Of a DNA stretch of 59,894 bases, positions 1-12,184 are shown in pieces (the first letter of the stretch is position 1; every line of letters starts with the position of its first letter). Source of the stretch: Octopus bimaculoides. Taxonomy: Eukaryota. Location of the stretch: NCBI RefSeq assembly GCF_001194135.2, contig NC_068992.1, positions 11,638,533 through 11,698,426 on the forward strand, given 5' to 3'. The notes below the pieces were generated by a model, which saw nothing but the letters and a program-made list of their open reading frames with translations, ran no database searches and was not told where the DNA came from. Position numbers and translations under genes: made by a program.

Positions 1-544
1 TATATATATATATATATATATATTCAAACACACATATGCATACATATATGTATATTTATAAATACACACACACACACACATGCACGCACAAACACACCTG
101 TATACAGGCTGTTTTTAGCAAACCCTGCTGTTTTTTTGTTTTTTTTTGCTAATCTTTCTGTCATTAAGAACTAATATCTTTTCTTGTTTTTGTTTTTCTT
201 TGGGCAAGTATCACAAGAAGAAGTGAAATAAATTAAAAAAGAAAGCAAAAAATAAAGTAACAGGCTACTGTTAAAATGTTTAGTAACTGTCTATTAAGTA
301 AAGATGTGAAGAGATATATTGTTAACAAGCTTGTAAAGTCATCTCTCTAAATCTAACACTCTACTTTGCACTTATAATAAATATGTTTTTTTACAGAATC
401 TTTTAAGGATTCTACAACAGAGCACTTGTTTTGAAAAGTACCTGATATACACAGGTGGAATTTTGTCATTAAATTGTGAAGTCGTTCACAGTTTTTATTT
501 TTTTTTGGGGGGGGAATACATGTTGAAAGACATTCTATCAACAA

Positions 545-1222
545 CTCTCTTTTTCTCCCTTCTTCTGTCTCTGTCTATCTGTCTCTCTCTTCCTCTCACT
601 CGCTTTATCTCTCTCTCTCTGTCTTTCTCTGTCTTTCTCTCCTCTCTTCCATCCTCTCTCTCCCTCTCTCTCTCTCTCTCTTTCCTTTTTATCTCTTTCT
701 CTTTTCTCTCTCTTTCTCTTTTCTCTCTTTCTTTGTTTTTCTCTTTTCTCTCTCTTTCTCTTTTCTCTCTTTCTTTGTCTTTCTCTCCTTCNNNNNNNNN
801 NNNNNNNNNNNNNNNNNNNNNNNNNNNNNNNNNNNNNNNNNNNNNNNNNNNNNNNNNNNNNNNNNNNNNNNNNNNNNNNNNNNNNNNNNNNNNNNNNNNN
901 NNNNNNNNNNNNNNNNNNNNNNNNNNNNNNNNNNNNNNNNNNNNNNNNNNNNNNNNNNNNNNNNNNNNNNNNNNNNNNNNNNNNNNNNNNNNNNNNNNNN
1001 NNNNNNNNNNNNNNNNNNNNNNNNNNNNNNNNNNNNNNNNNNNNNNNNNNNNNNNNNNNNNNNNNNNNNNNNNNNNNNNNNNNNNNNNNNNNNNNNNNNN
1101 NNNNNNNNNNNNNNNNNNNNNNNNNNNNNNNNNNNNNNNNNNNNNNNNNNNNNNNNNNNNNNNNNNNNNNNNNNNNNNNNNCCTCCCTCCCTCTTCCTCC
1201 CTCCTTCTCCTCCCCCCTCTCT
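545..1222. repeat. CT-rich polypyrimidine low-complexity tract spanning an N gap (792-1181)
   Basis: Near-pure C/T sequence on both sides of the gap; explains the S/L- and R/E-rich pseudo-ORFs. Confidence 0.95.
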
Positions 1223-1510
1223 CACCATTCTTATACATATCTTCTGTTAGGATGCCACTAATTAGCAAAAATATATGAACAACTGAAAACCTGAGGCTAA
1301 GGATTTCTGCTGCACTTTTGTTATTCTAATAAAATGTTTTAATCATAAAAGCACCATTTTGACAGATTTTTAAACAATTTGGATATTTTCTCCTTTTTCT
1401 CTGTTTTTTTTCTGTAAAAATTAAGACTCGCATTATTTGGTGACTCCTACGCATGCAAATGAAATAGAAAGAACTATTAAAAACACATAAAAAGAAATTT
1501 TTAAATGCTT

Positions 1511-1720
1511 TCAAATTTTGGCACAGGGCCAGCAGTGTTTGAGGGGAGAAGAAAGTCAAAATGCATAGACTCCAGTACATGACTGGTATTTATTTCATTA
1601 ACCCTGAAAGGATGAAAGACAGAGTCAACCGTGGCAGCATTTGAACTCTGAACACAAGGAAGGGCAAAATGTTACAAAACAATTTACCCCACATCCTAAA
1701 GATTCTGCCAGCTCGCCACC
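1511..1720 (-). mobile_element. SINE family C copy (tRNA-like head plus conserved core)
   Basis: Reverse complement reads ggtggcgagctggcagaatc...gttcaaatgctgcc...gttgactctgtctttcatcctttcagggttaatgaaataaataccagt; same family as 18450, 31580, 49446, 49977, 52911. Confidence 0.85.
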
Positions 1721-1723
1721 TTA

Positions 1724-1726
1724 AAA

Positions 1727-1769
<43 letters not shown>

Positions 1770-1770
1770 A
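1724..1770. repeat. (AAAT)n microsatellite
   Basis: About 12 tandem units. Confidence 0.95.
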
Positions 1771-2105
1771 AATAATATAAAACCGAACCAGGAAACAAGT
1801 ATTGTACATTGTTAAAAACGAGTGGTGTCTTTAATGTTTTAGTTTGAAATGTGTTAACATATTTGTAACATTTGTCATCCTGCTTTTGATAACACTTCAC
1901 AATTACACTTTAAATAAATATTTGATACTGAAACCTTTTAATGGCTTATTAACTGATCACTAGTTTTGGATAAATATAAGCTATTTGCACAGGTGTGATA
2001 TGGAAGCGAGTTGTGAAATTCTTTGCGAAAATTTAGTAATGAGAGTAAGAAACCTTAAAAGAAACAGATACACAAAATATTGCAAAAAATATACATATAT
2101 TTAAA

Positions 2106-2131
2106 TATATATATATATATATATATATGTA

Positions 2132-2206
<75 letters not shown>
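2106..2206. repeat. Compound (TA)n-(TATC)n-(TC)n microsatellite running into a gap
   Basis: Read directly from the sequence. Confidence 0.95.
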
Positions 2207-2896
2207 NNNNNNNNNNNNNNNNNNNNNNNNNNNNNNNNNNNNNNNNNNNNNNNNNNNNNNNNNNNNNNNNNNNNNNNNNNNNNNNNNNNNNNNNNNNNNN
2301 NNNNNNNNNNNNNNNNNNNNNNNNNNNNNNNNNNNNNNNNNNNNNNNNNNNNNNNNNNNNNNNNNNNNNNNNNNNNNNNNNNNNNNNNNNNNNNNNNNNN
2401 NNNNNNNNNNNNNNNNNNNNNNNNNNNNNNNNNNNNNNNNNNNNNNNNNNNNNNNNNNNNNNNNNNNNNNNNNNNNNNNNNNNNNNNNNNNNNNNNNNNN
2501 NNNNNNNNNNNNNNNNNNNNNNNNNNNNNNNNNNNNNNNNNNNNNNNNNNNNNNNNNNNNNNNNNNNNNNNNNNNNNNNNNNNNNNNNNNNNNNNNNNNN
2601 NNNNNNNNNNNNNNNNNNNNNNNNNNNNNNNNNNNNNNNNNNNNNNNNNNNNNNNNNNNNNNNNNNNNNNNNNNNNNNNNNNNNNNNNNNNNNNNNNNNN
2701 NNNNNNNNNNNNNNNNNNNNNNNNNNNNNNNNNNNNNNNNNNNNNNNNNNNNNNNNNNNNNNNNNNNNNNNNNNNNNNNNNNNNNNNNNNNNNNNNNNNN
2801 NNNNNNNNNNNNNNNNNNNNNNNNNNNNNNNNNNNNNNNNNNNNNNNNNNNNNNNNNNNNNNNNNNNNNNNNNNNNNNNNNNNNNNNNNNNNNNNN

Positions 2897-3258
2897 GGTA
2901 CCGTCCACTGCATCTCACATAAGAACGAGATACTGCAGCTGCCTCGGTTTCAGAGGACCTCAGCTCTTCAATGCCCTGCCAAAACATTTGAGAGACATGC
3001 AAGACATGGATAAGGAGGTCTTCAAGACAAAACTTGACACTTTCCTCTCCACGGTACCAGACGAACCAATGGCTCGTAATGAGACGCAGTTTAGGGCAGC
3101 TATGTCAAATTCTCTTATACACCAGATGTGCCATCAAAACTCTTGATTGGACCATGTCAGGTGGGGGAGAAGAGCCATGCAAGGAACGTGAAAATCACGG
3201 TGGTGCACCAGCATGACCGCAGCCACTTGGCTGAAACACATAAATAAATAAATAAATA
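2897..3258 (+). mobile_element. 3' end of a CR1-group (CR1/L2/Daphne/Crack-like) LINE: ORF2 C-terminus, 3'UTR and (TAAA)n tail
   Basis: Open frame VPSTASHIRTRYCSCLGFRGPQLFNALPKHLRDMQDMDKEVFKTKLDTFLSTVPDEP...SNSLIHQ* (stop 3144-3146) resembles the post-RT motif 'G..LFN.LP......FK..LD.FL..VPDEP'; 3'UTR ends in a hairpin plus taaa repeats. The 5' part is lost in the gap. Confidence 0.85.
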
Positions 3259-4008
3259 TATATGTATATATATATGTACATATATATATATGTACACACA
3301 TATATATATATGTATATATGAAACAATCATAATAGTAAATAAACAACTACATAAATGAAAAGAAAGAGGGGGAAAAATGCAAATAAATAATTAAAAGAAA
3401 AAGAAGAGAAGAGCAAAGAACACAGCTGCCTATGGAATGTTTGGCATATTTTAATGGCATCTTTTTCTCTCTTTCGTTTTTTTTCCTTTCTTTCTTTTTT
3501 TTTTTGTTGTTGCTCTTGATTTTGGTTGAGTTTACTCACAGGTTAGAAATCTTGAAATGGTAATTCATGAATAGACAAATTACGTTATATAGGATGGAAT
3601 ATATTTCGAATGTTAAAAATGTCATACAAAAAAAAAAAATAATAATAATAAATAATAATAATAAATAAGAAGAATAAAAAAGAAATAGAGAAACAGGAAA
3701 TAAATAAAATAAATAAAAAAATAAATAAATAAATAAATAAAAATGTACTTTCTCTTTACTGTGTTTATACTTGACTTAAAAACTTATTACCTCTCTCTAT
3801 TTCTCTTTTTTTCTTGAAACACACACACACACACTCATACATACATATGTATATGCATATATATATTTACATACGTATATACATACATATATGCAAACAA
3901 ACAAACATATATGTATGTATATAAGTGCATTATTTGAGTTAATTTTTTATACATATACATGCTTATATATATGTGAGTGAATCTTCCATGTGTTAACATA
4001 TATATGCT

Positions 4009-4052
<44 letters not shown>

Positions 4053-4252
4053 CTCATCATCATTGGTGGCAGCAGTGGTGGCGGCATCATGATTTTAACA
4101 TTCTCTTTCCCATGCATGCAGAGGGCAACAACATTTGTTGAGATGGATTTTCTATGGCTGGATACACTTTCTGTTACCGATTCCCATTCCCTTTTTCCAG
4201 GCAAGGAGACAGCAAGACACATACACATAAGACAGGCTTCTTTCATTTCCTG

Positions 4253-4389
4253 TTAACCAAATCCACTCATAAAATTTCGGTTGGCCTGGGGCTGTAGTAG
4301 AAGATACTTGTCCAAGGTGCCATACACCATGACTGAACCCAAAACCATGTGGCTGGGAAATACACTTCTTACCACATGGCCACACCTGT

Positions 4390-4390
<1 letters not shown>
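4253..4390 (-). mobile_element. SINE family B, 5' half
   Basis: Similar to the head of 8417-8809 (ccaaatccactca...gtagaagatacttgtccaaggtgcca...cttaccac). Confidence 0.8.
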
Positions 4391-4605
<215 letters not shown>

Positions 4606-5528
4606 AGGCAGACAGAGATACACACATGCATACAGTGCTTTTTTCTTGTTCTCAGAAATACATTAGAATTCTGAACACAGAAACGAGAAAAACAATTTCA
4701 AAACAATACAACATGTTGTTTTTGAAATATGCCAATGCAACATATGTATTCAGTGACTGAGCAGCTACAAATGTCTTCTTAGAAGCTATTTTGCTGTTTT
4801 GACACCAAAGGAATTAAAGGCCATCTCCAAGCTGGCCTGTCTATTGTTTTGTCACGTTGGTCAATAACTTGACCTTTTGATTAAAAAAAAACAAATAATA
4901 TTATTTTTTACAATTTTGTAATACTAAATCAATTTTCTGTCATGATCAGAATATCAATATAAATCAATGCTTTGCTTTCCTTTAAGGATGCATGCAAAAC
5001 TTGCATGAAATTACATTTTTAATGGTACGAATCATGTCCATTTCTTGTTTACATAATCTTATATTTTGGTATTAAAACTGGTCTTTGATTCTTTTATCCT
5101 TTTATTCTTTTACTTGCCCCAGTCATTGGACTGTGGTCATACTAGAGCACAGCTTTCAAGAGTTTAGTGATATGAGATCTCGTGGAAAGTCTAATGTGTG
5201 TATCATCAAGAGGATTTTGAACCAGTACTGTAGCAAAGAGATGGAAATGGTGGTTCACCTTCAAGCAACTATTTTATTGATGCAGCACTTTGAGTATCCT
5301 GTGCAAGCCTGTATAGGCAGGCCCCTCATACCCAGTAGGTTGGTGGGCTAAGCTCAAAGGCTGCCCCAATTGGATCTCACTCTGACTACATTACAGTTTG
5401 AATTCCTTCAAGGTTCAGGTTTCAGCTTTGTTAAGAANNNNNNNNNNTCTGACTACATTACAATTTGAATTCCTTCAAGGTTCAGGTTTCAGCTTTGTTA
5501 AGAATTCTCTCTACATATCTCGTGGAGA

Positions 5529-5897
5529 GTGGAGGCGCAATGGCCCAGTGGTTAGGGCAGCAGACTCGCAGTCATAGGATCACGGCTTTGATTCCCAGAC
5601 CCCGAGCGAAAACACCTAAAGCTCCATGAGGCTCTGGCAGGGGATGGTGGCGAACCCTGCTGTACTCTTCCACCACAACTTTCTCTCACTCTTACTTCCT
5701 GTTTCTGTTGTGCCTGTAATTCAAAGGGTCAGCCTTGTCACACTGTGTCACGCTGAATATCCCCGAGAACTACGTTAAGGGTACACATGTCTGTGGAGTG
5801 CTCAGCCACTTGCACGTTAATTTCACGACCAGGCTGTTCTGTTGATCGGATCAACTGGAACACTCGACGTCGTAAGTGACGAAGTGCCAACAACAAC
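5529..5897 (+). mobile_element. SINE family A copy (tRNA-derived head, (CAA)n tail)
   Basis: A-box tggcccagtgg, B-box-like ggctttgattcc, ends gtgccaacaacaac; small internal deletion; degenerate TSD atctcgtggag/atctcattgag; highly similar to 7763, 27817, 30747, 39498. Confidence 0.92.
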
Positions 5898-6270
5898 ATC
5901 TCATTGAGGAAAGCTACATTGTTTACTTTGAAATATTTGATTGCCAGACACTGTGAAGCAGATTTACTCATGGTTGTTTTCTTAATAACTAAGTGAAACA
6001 CTCTAATGTCGTTCCCAAATGTCATAATATCCAATTTGTCCAGAAACATGGAAAATAAACAGAAGCAAAAATGATTTTAATCGATACAATGACAGAAAAT
6101 AAAATAAAGAAGGAAATTAAAAAAGCCAAAACAACTGAAACACATTGCCACAGACACAAAATTCTATTATGTTCACAACTAAATGTGATTTCTCTATTCT
6201 TAAACTCAGCAGGTTTCAATTCGCGTCATTTCACCTATTTTATTCTGAAATATTTGCTTTTATTAATTGA

Positions 6271-6440
<170 letters not shown>

Positions 6441-7084
6441 CATATATTTAAAGAATGTGTATACATGTGTGTGTGTAGAAGTGTATAAATAGATACATAT
6501 ACGTGTATATATAACATATATATTACACATGTATGAATCTGTTATTTCTCCCCACCTCCTGCAATTCAAATATTTATGAGTGTGTTTTAAATCTATTTCC
6601 CTAATTGATAGGAAATTTTAAATATTTTAATGTCATGTAATATTTCTATTTTGTAACATTTCCATAGTTTTATAGATTACAGAAGCAATGAACACATGCT
6701 GGCATATCCACCCACACAGGCACACCTACACAAACATACACACACTCATACATATATATATATATACATATACATAATTGTGTATAATTTCACACACATA
6801 CAAGTACATTTACTTCTGGATCCAAGTATTTATGTACGTGAAAATATGTGTAAACTCAGACAGATAGATAGCATTTGAAAATGCCTCTAACACTTATAGC
6901 TATTTCCATAGGCAAGTAATGTAGGCTTAAACTGAAAAGCAGCACACATGAATATACAACACACAAATATTCATACATATTTAACACAAACAATGCACAT
7001 ATACACATACACACATACTGGGCTTCCTTTTGCTCTATTTGTGTTTGTTGAGTTAGCCCATGAGGCATTAATAGGCCCAGGGCA

Positions 7085-7186
7085 ATAGTACATGACACTA
7101 AGCCAAAGGACAACATGGTATGACTAAACTTAAACCCAAATCATGGAAGTTGCAATGCAAACTCCTTAACCACAGAACCAAGCTTG
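7085..7186 (-). mobile_element. Degenerate SINE family B head
   Basis: caatagtaca...gacactaagccaaagg...aaacccaaatcatgg...ccttaaccacagaacc aligns to the reverse of the B head. Confidence 0.6.
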
Positions 7187-7246
7187 CATCAACACACACA
7201 CACACACACACAAATATATAAGCAAGTATATATACATGTATAACTA

Positions 7247-7320
<74 letters not shown>

Positions 7321-7762
7321 TATTTATGTATATCTGTATGGGTGTGTGTGAGTGTGCAGATACATACATACATACGTACATACATGCATGCATACATATA
7401 TACATATGTACATACATAGACAGAGACAAGCAAATATGCATGCAACAAATACATACATATACATGCACAAGAGCAGGACTATGTTTTTTTAGCCGTAGGT
7501 CAGTTTTGGTAAAGAAAATATATGATCAAATGCATTTCACTTTGATCATTCTAGCTCTTGATTCAAAAGCAATTTATTGATTATGATGTTATCCAATGTG
7601 TCCTTAAATTCTTCCAGGCAATAGAGTTTGAAATGAAGAAAATTTGGCTACTGAGGAATTCTTCATTTGGTTTGTCTAAAGCTTTGTTCAGATAAAACAT
7701 ACAGAAATAAAGACCAATAACAAAAATGTTCTCCATAAGTATTTCTTTACTGCTTGAGCACA

Positions 7763-8152
7763 GTGGAGATGCAATGGCCCAGTGGTTAGAGCAGTGGACT
7801 CGCGGTCATAGGATTGCAGTTTCAATTCCAAGACCGGGCGTTGTGAGTGTTTATCGAGCGAAAATACCTAAAGCTCCACGAGGCTCTGGCAGGGGATGGT
7901 GGCAAACCCTGCTGTACTCTTTCACCACAACTTTCTCTCCCTCTTACTTCCTGTTTCTGTTGTGCCTGTAATTCAAAGGGTCAGCCTTGTCACACTGTGT
8001 CACGCTGAATATCCCCGAGAACTACGTTAAGGGTACACGTGTCTGTGGAGTGCTCAGCCACTTGCACGTTAATTTCATGATCAGGCTATTCCGTTGATCG
8101 GATCAACTGGAACCCTCGACGTCGTAAGTGACGGAGTGCCAACAAAAACAAC
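7763..8152 (+). mobile_element. Full-length SINE family A copy
   Basis: Complete head-to-tail match; 12-bp TSD actgcttgagca (7749-7760) / actgcctgagca (8151-8162). Confidence 0.95.
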
Positions 8153-8416
8153 TGCCTGAGCAACTGATGTAAATGGCAGTGTACCAGTGTTATTTGTGGG
8201 GGCCGCTTGATGAAGCCAGAAAAAAGTGAGTGTGTTGGGATAAGAACTGTGTTGAGTTGACAACAATAATGTAATTATTTGACAACAACAACACTACCGA
8301 TTGTTATAAGAACGGAACCAGAGGCAAAAGTTGATAAATATATTATTGGTGTTTGTATTTCTTAGAAAATCACAAGTGGTATATGTCATCCTATTTCTGC
8401 AATATTTATATACATA

Positions 8417-8805
8417 GGCGCAGGAGTGGCTGTGTGGTAAGTAGCTTGCTTACCAACGACATGGTTCCGGTATCAGTCCCACCGTATGGCACTTTGGGCA
8501 AGTGTCTTCTACTATAGCCTCGGACCGACCAAAGCCTTGTGAGTGGATTTGGTAGATAAAAACTGAAAAAGACTGTCGTATATATGTATATGTATGTATA
8601 TATGTGTGTGTTTGTCCCCCACAACATCACTTGACAACCGATGCTGGTGTGTTTCGTCCCCGTAATTTAGCGGTTCAGTAAAAGAGACCGATAGAATAAG
8701 TACTAGGCTTACAAAGAATAAATCCTGGGGTCGATTTGCTTGACTAAAGGCGGTGTTCCAGCATGACCACAGTGAAATGACTGAAACAAGTAAATGATAA
8801 ATGAT

Positions 8806-8809
<4 letters not shown>
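8417..8809 (+). mobile_element. Full-length SINE family B copy (tRNA head, internal TA/TG microsatellite, LINE-like tail)
   Basis: ggcgcaggagtggctgtgtggtaag...ggttccggtatcagtccc...ggcggtgttccagcatgaccacagtgaaatgactgaaac; many copies in the window. Confidence 0.92.
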
Positions 8810-8836
<27 letters not shown>

Positions 8837-9189
8837 ATGCATAAATTAAATATTATAGGAAGATTTTTTCTGATAAAATAATGACTAGCATTATGAAAAT
8901 AGAAGATTGTTTTACATCAAAAGTTTGTCTCATACACTGTCTTCTCAACCCAGTGAATACAGAAATACACTTATATAGAATATCTCTTACTCTCTCTCTC
9001 GATANNNNNNNNNNNNNNNNNNNNNNNNNNNNNNNNNNNNNNNNNNNNNNNNNNNNNNNNNNNNNNNNNNNNNNNNNNNNNNNNNNNNNNNNNNNNNNNN
9101 NNNNNNNNNNNNNNNNNNNNNNNNNNNNNNNNNNNNNNNNNNNNNNNNNNNNNNNNNNNNNNNNNNNNNNNNNNNNNNNNNNNNNNNNN

Positions 9190-9221
<32 letters not shown>

Positions 9222-10029
9222 TTATGAAGAAATAAATGGTAAAATGAGGAAAAACTCACACAAAAGTATTCTGTCTATTTTTCTATTTTGGCTTCCATAT
9301 AAGAAATGCCAAGAATCTGTATATGTGTGTGTATGCGCATGCGCGTGTGTGTGCGTGTGCATATATGTATTTCTCTATATGGATATACATATACATATAT
9401 ATACACATATATATGTGTGTGTATATATATATTTATATATATATATGTATACATATAGACACATGTGCATATATAAGCCTATATGTTTGTATGTATCATG
9501 TTGTATTTTTGTACAAATACAACATACCCACATAGATATTTTTATTTGTAAATTTTTTTTATTTTATTTATAGACAGTTTAGAGCTGGTATAAAAATCAG
9601 AATAACTATTAGTTCTGGAAGAGGTTTTCTAAATTATTATTTTCTTTGCATAACTTTCAGAAATGTTTTTATTTTCCTTTCCTACCCCCATAGTTCGCAA
9701 TACAAAGCTAGCTGATAGCTGAACCGTGTTTGCACGATCTCTCCAACACAGAAAAGCTAGCGAGCTAGCTGCTGTGTTATTCTATCTTTGGTAAATTGAA
9801 TATCTGAAATAGCAAACAGTAAATATCTGTTGAGTTCTAGATTCTCTGGTCTTGAGACCTAACAAATATTTTCAGCAATCTTCCTGTTTTATTTAACACA
9901 CAGACTCATATGTATAAAAATATATGCATATTTACACATTCACACACGTGTGTGTGTAACTATATGTGTGAGGGGTGTATGAATGTGCACTGATATATAG
10001 ATATTAACATACACACATATACATACCTA

Positions 10030-10116
10030 TATCTATCTATCTGTCTCTCTACATGTGTGTATATGTACATAATATATATATATATATATATGTATGTATA
10101 TATGTGTGTGTGTGGT

Positions 10117-10215
<99 letters not shown>

Positions 10216-10406
10216 GTATAGATGTGCATATACATATTTACATATGTATATACACATACGCATGTGCATATATATACATAATATATATATGTATGTATGT
10301 ATATATGTGTGTGTGTGAGTGTGTGTATACATGTATGTATATACACATGTATAGATGTGCATATACATATTTACATATGTATATACACATGCACAACAAT
10401 ATAAAG

Positions 10407-10438
<32 letters not shown>

Positions 10439-10493
10439 GCAATGTGTGTATCTGTGTGTGTGTGTATATATATAAATATATATATATACACAC

Positions 10494-10524
<31 letters not shown>

Positions 10525-10560
10525 CACACTTATATATATATATATGTATCTGTACATACA
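10030..10560. repeat. TA/TG/CA low-complexity block with an internal ~45-bp direct duplication
   Basis: atgtatagatgtgcatatacatatttacatatgtatatacacat occurs near 10214 and 10338. Confidence 0.9.
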
Positions 10561-11036
10561 TACATTGGAGAAATAAAATATTTTCTGCATCTCCTAGCTA
10601 GATCAGAAATATAGTTTAAATTTGCCAAAACTACAATATTTTTTTAAAAACTACAATCGAATTGTTATTTACAGACATTTAACAGTGAGGTAGCAATAAC
10701 AAAATTACTATTTGGAACGACATAACTATAATAACTATTCTAAGAATGCCATCTCCAGCACTATCAATAACAACAACAACAACAAAAACATTAGTAGTAG
10801 TAATAATTCGACTAAAGTAGTGACATGGCTAATTTTGTTAGGATTTGCGAACCTTCAATTCTTATAGCATGAAGGGAAAATCCAATTGATTTCAAGATGT
10901 CGAGTCTCATGGTGGAGAGGTATAAAAGATGAATGTATTTATTAACCCAATTGTCATCCTTTGGGTTACAGCTGTTTCGCAGCCTTTTTCATATAAGAAA
11001 TAATTTCAGTGTATAGTAAATTATGTGCACGCTATG

Positions 11037-11102
11037 CATTATACAATACAATTGTATGTCTATTTGCATTAATTTGCGAATATACAATTGTATTGTATAA
11101 TG
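11037..11102. repeat. Perfect 21-bp inverted repeat (66-nt hairpin)
   Basis: cattatacaatacaattgtat (11037-11057) is the exact reverse complement of atacaattgtattgtataatg (11082-11102). Confidence 0.95.
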
Positions 11103-11446
11103 TAGACGTAATGTAGACATAATTTATTTTATACTGAAATTATAATTACATGATGAAGGCTTCGAAAGGGCCATAATCTTGTAGATGAAAAGTGGTTAAA
11201 TACATCCACCTCTCGTACTTTCACACTGTTATGGTTTATACATTTTTCAGGAAATAATTTTGTCGGCCATGTCTTCCAGATTTCAACTGTATGGAACTTT
11301 GTGTTATACTCCACTGTATTGGATTACTATGTAGTTTGTTTGCCAAATCTTCAAGAGGAGATTTCTATGTATTTCACTAAATATTTGCCTAAACATGTCT
11401 ATATATCTAATTATATCTATCACTCTTACCATTTTCCGTTCATCTA

Positions 11447-11666
11447 TACAAGGATGTGCTGTAAAGTTCCTGGCTCTGGGTAAAAGAAAATACAGGAAGC
11501 TCAGTTAATCATGATTTTGTTCAACATATTCCTGACTCAGATTTACACACTTGTTGCAGTGGTCCTTCAGTTTTTCTAAACCTGTAAAAAAACTTGGAAA
11601 GCAGAGCCTCAAGCCAGGCCTTTCATGATACCCTTAAAGCCAAGAACTATCAGTCACTATCTTGTC
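11447..11666 (-). mobile_element. Mariner-derived MITE / internally deleted element
   Basis: Degenerate ~28-bp TIRs (acaaggatgtgctgtaaagttcctggct / agccaagaactatcagtcactatcttgt) with TA at the left flank; minus strand encodes FFTGLEKLKDHCNKCVNLSQEYVEQ, resembling the mariner transposase C-terminus (GIEKL..RW.KC..L.GDYVEK). Confidence 0.75.
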
Positions 11667-11679
11667 TGGGATGCAAAAT

Positions 11680-11768
11680 CCACCAGTCTTCAGTCAAATC
11701 TTCCAACCCATGCTAGCATGGAAAGCGGACGTTAAACGACGACGACGACGATGATGATGATGATGATG
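11680..11768 (+). mobile_element. 3' end of SINE family D with (GAC/GAT)n tail
   Basis: caccagtcttcagtcaaatcttccaacccatgctagcatggaaagcggacgttaaacgacgacg...gatgat; reverse-complement match to 23046-23120. Confidence 0.85.
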
Positions 11769-11981
11769 ATATATATATATATATATGCACACATCCATGT
11801 GCATAGTTATGTGTGTTCTTGTATGCATATGAGCACACACATATGTATGCACACACACATATATACACACACACATATATGTATGCACACACATATATAT
11901 ACACACACACACATGCAGATAACAAAGCCAAAACAATTTCTCTTCCAAATTTAAATAGAAGGCAAAATATTTTCTGCACAA

Positions 11982-12034
11982 ATCTTATCTGATGAGTCTC
12001 TGGAGTGAATGAGATGAAAGTGGTAATAAATGAT
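11982..12034 (+). ncRNA. Type I hammerhead ribozyme-like motif (slightly decayed)
   Basis: Stem I ttat/ataa (plus atc/gat after a 2-nt bulge), CTGATGA 11989-11995, stem II gtctc/gagat, GAAA 12016-12019, GTA 12023-12025; position 15.2 is G instead of C. Confidence 0.7.
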
Positions 12035-12086
12035 AATCCAAAATTCTGACTACATCCTTTTTCTGAATATACATATATGTATGTAT

Positions 12087-12125
<39 letters not shown>

Positions 12126-12126
12126 C

Positions 12127-12184
<58 letters not shown>

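Noticed and set aside
5381-5504. 57-bp direct duplication around a 10-N gap (one mismatch)
   Set aside because: Typical overlap of contig ends or two haplotypes across a placeholder gap; likely an assembly artefact.
9690-9790. Cluster of AGCTAGCT-type palindromes and a possible minus-strand exon
   Set aside because: No long stable hairpin can be built and all frames are closed; insufficient support.
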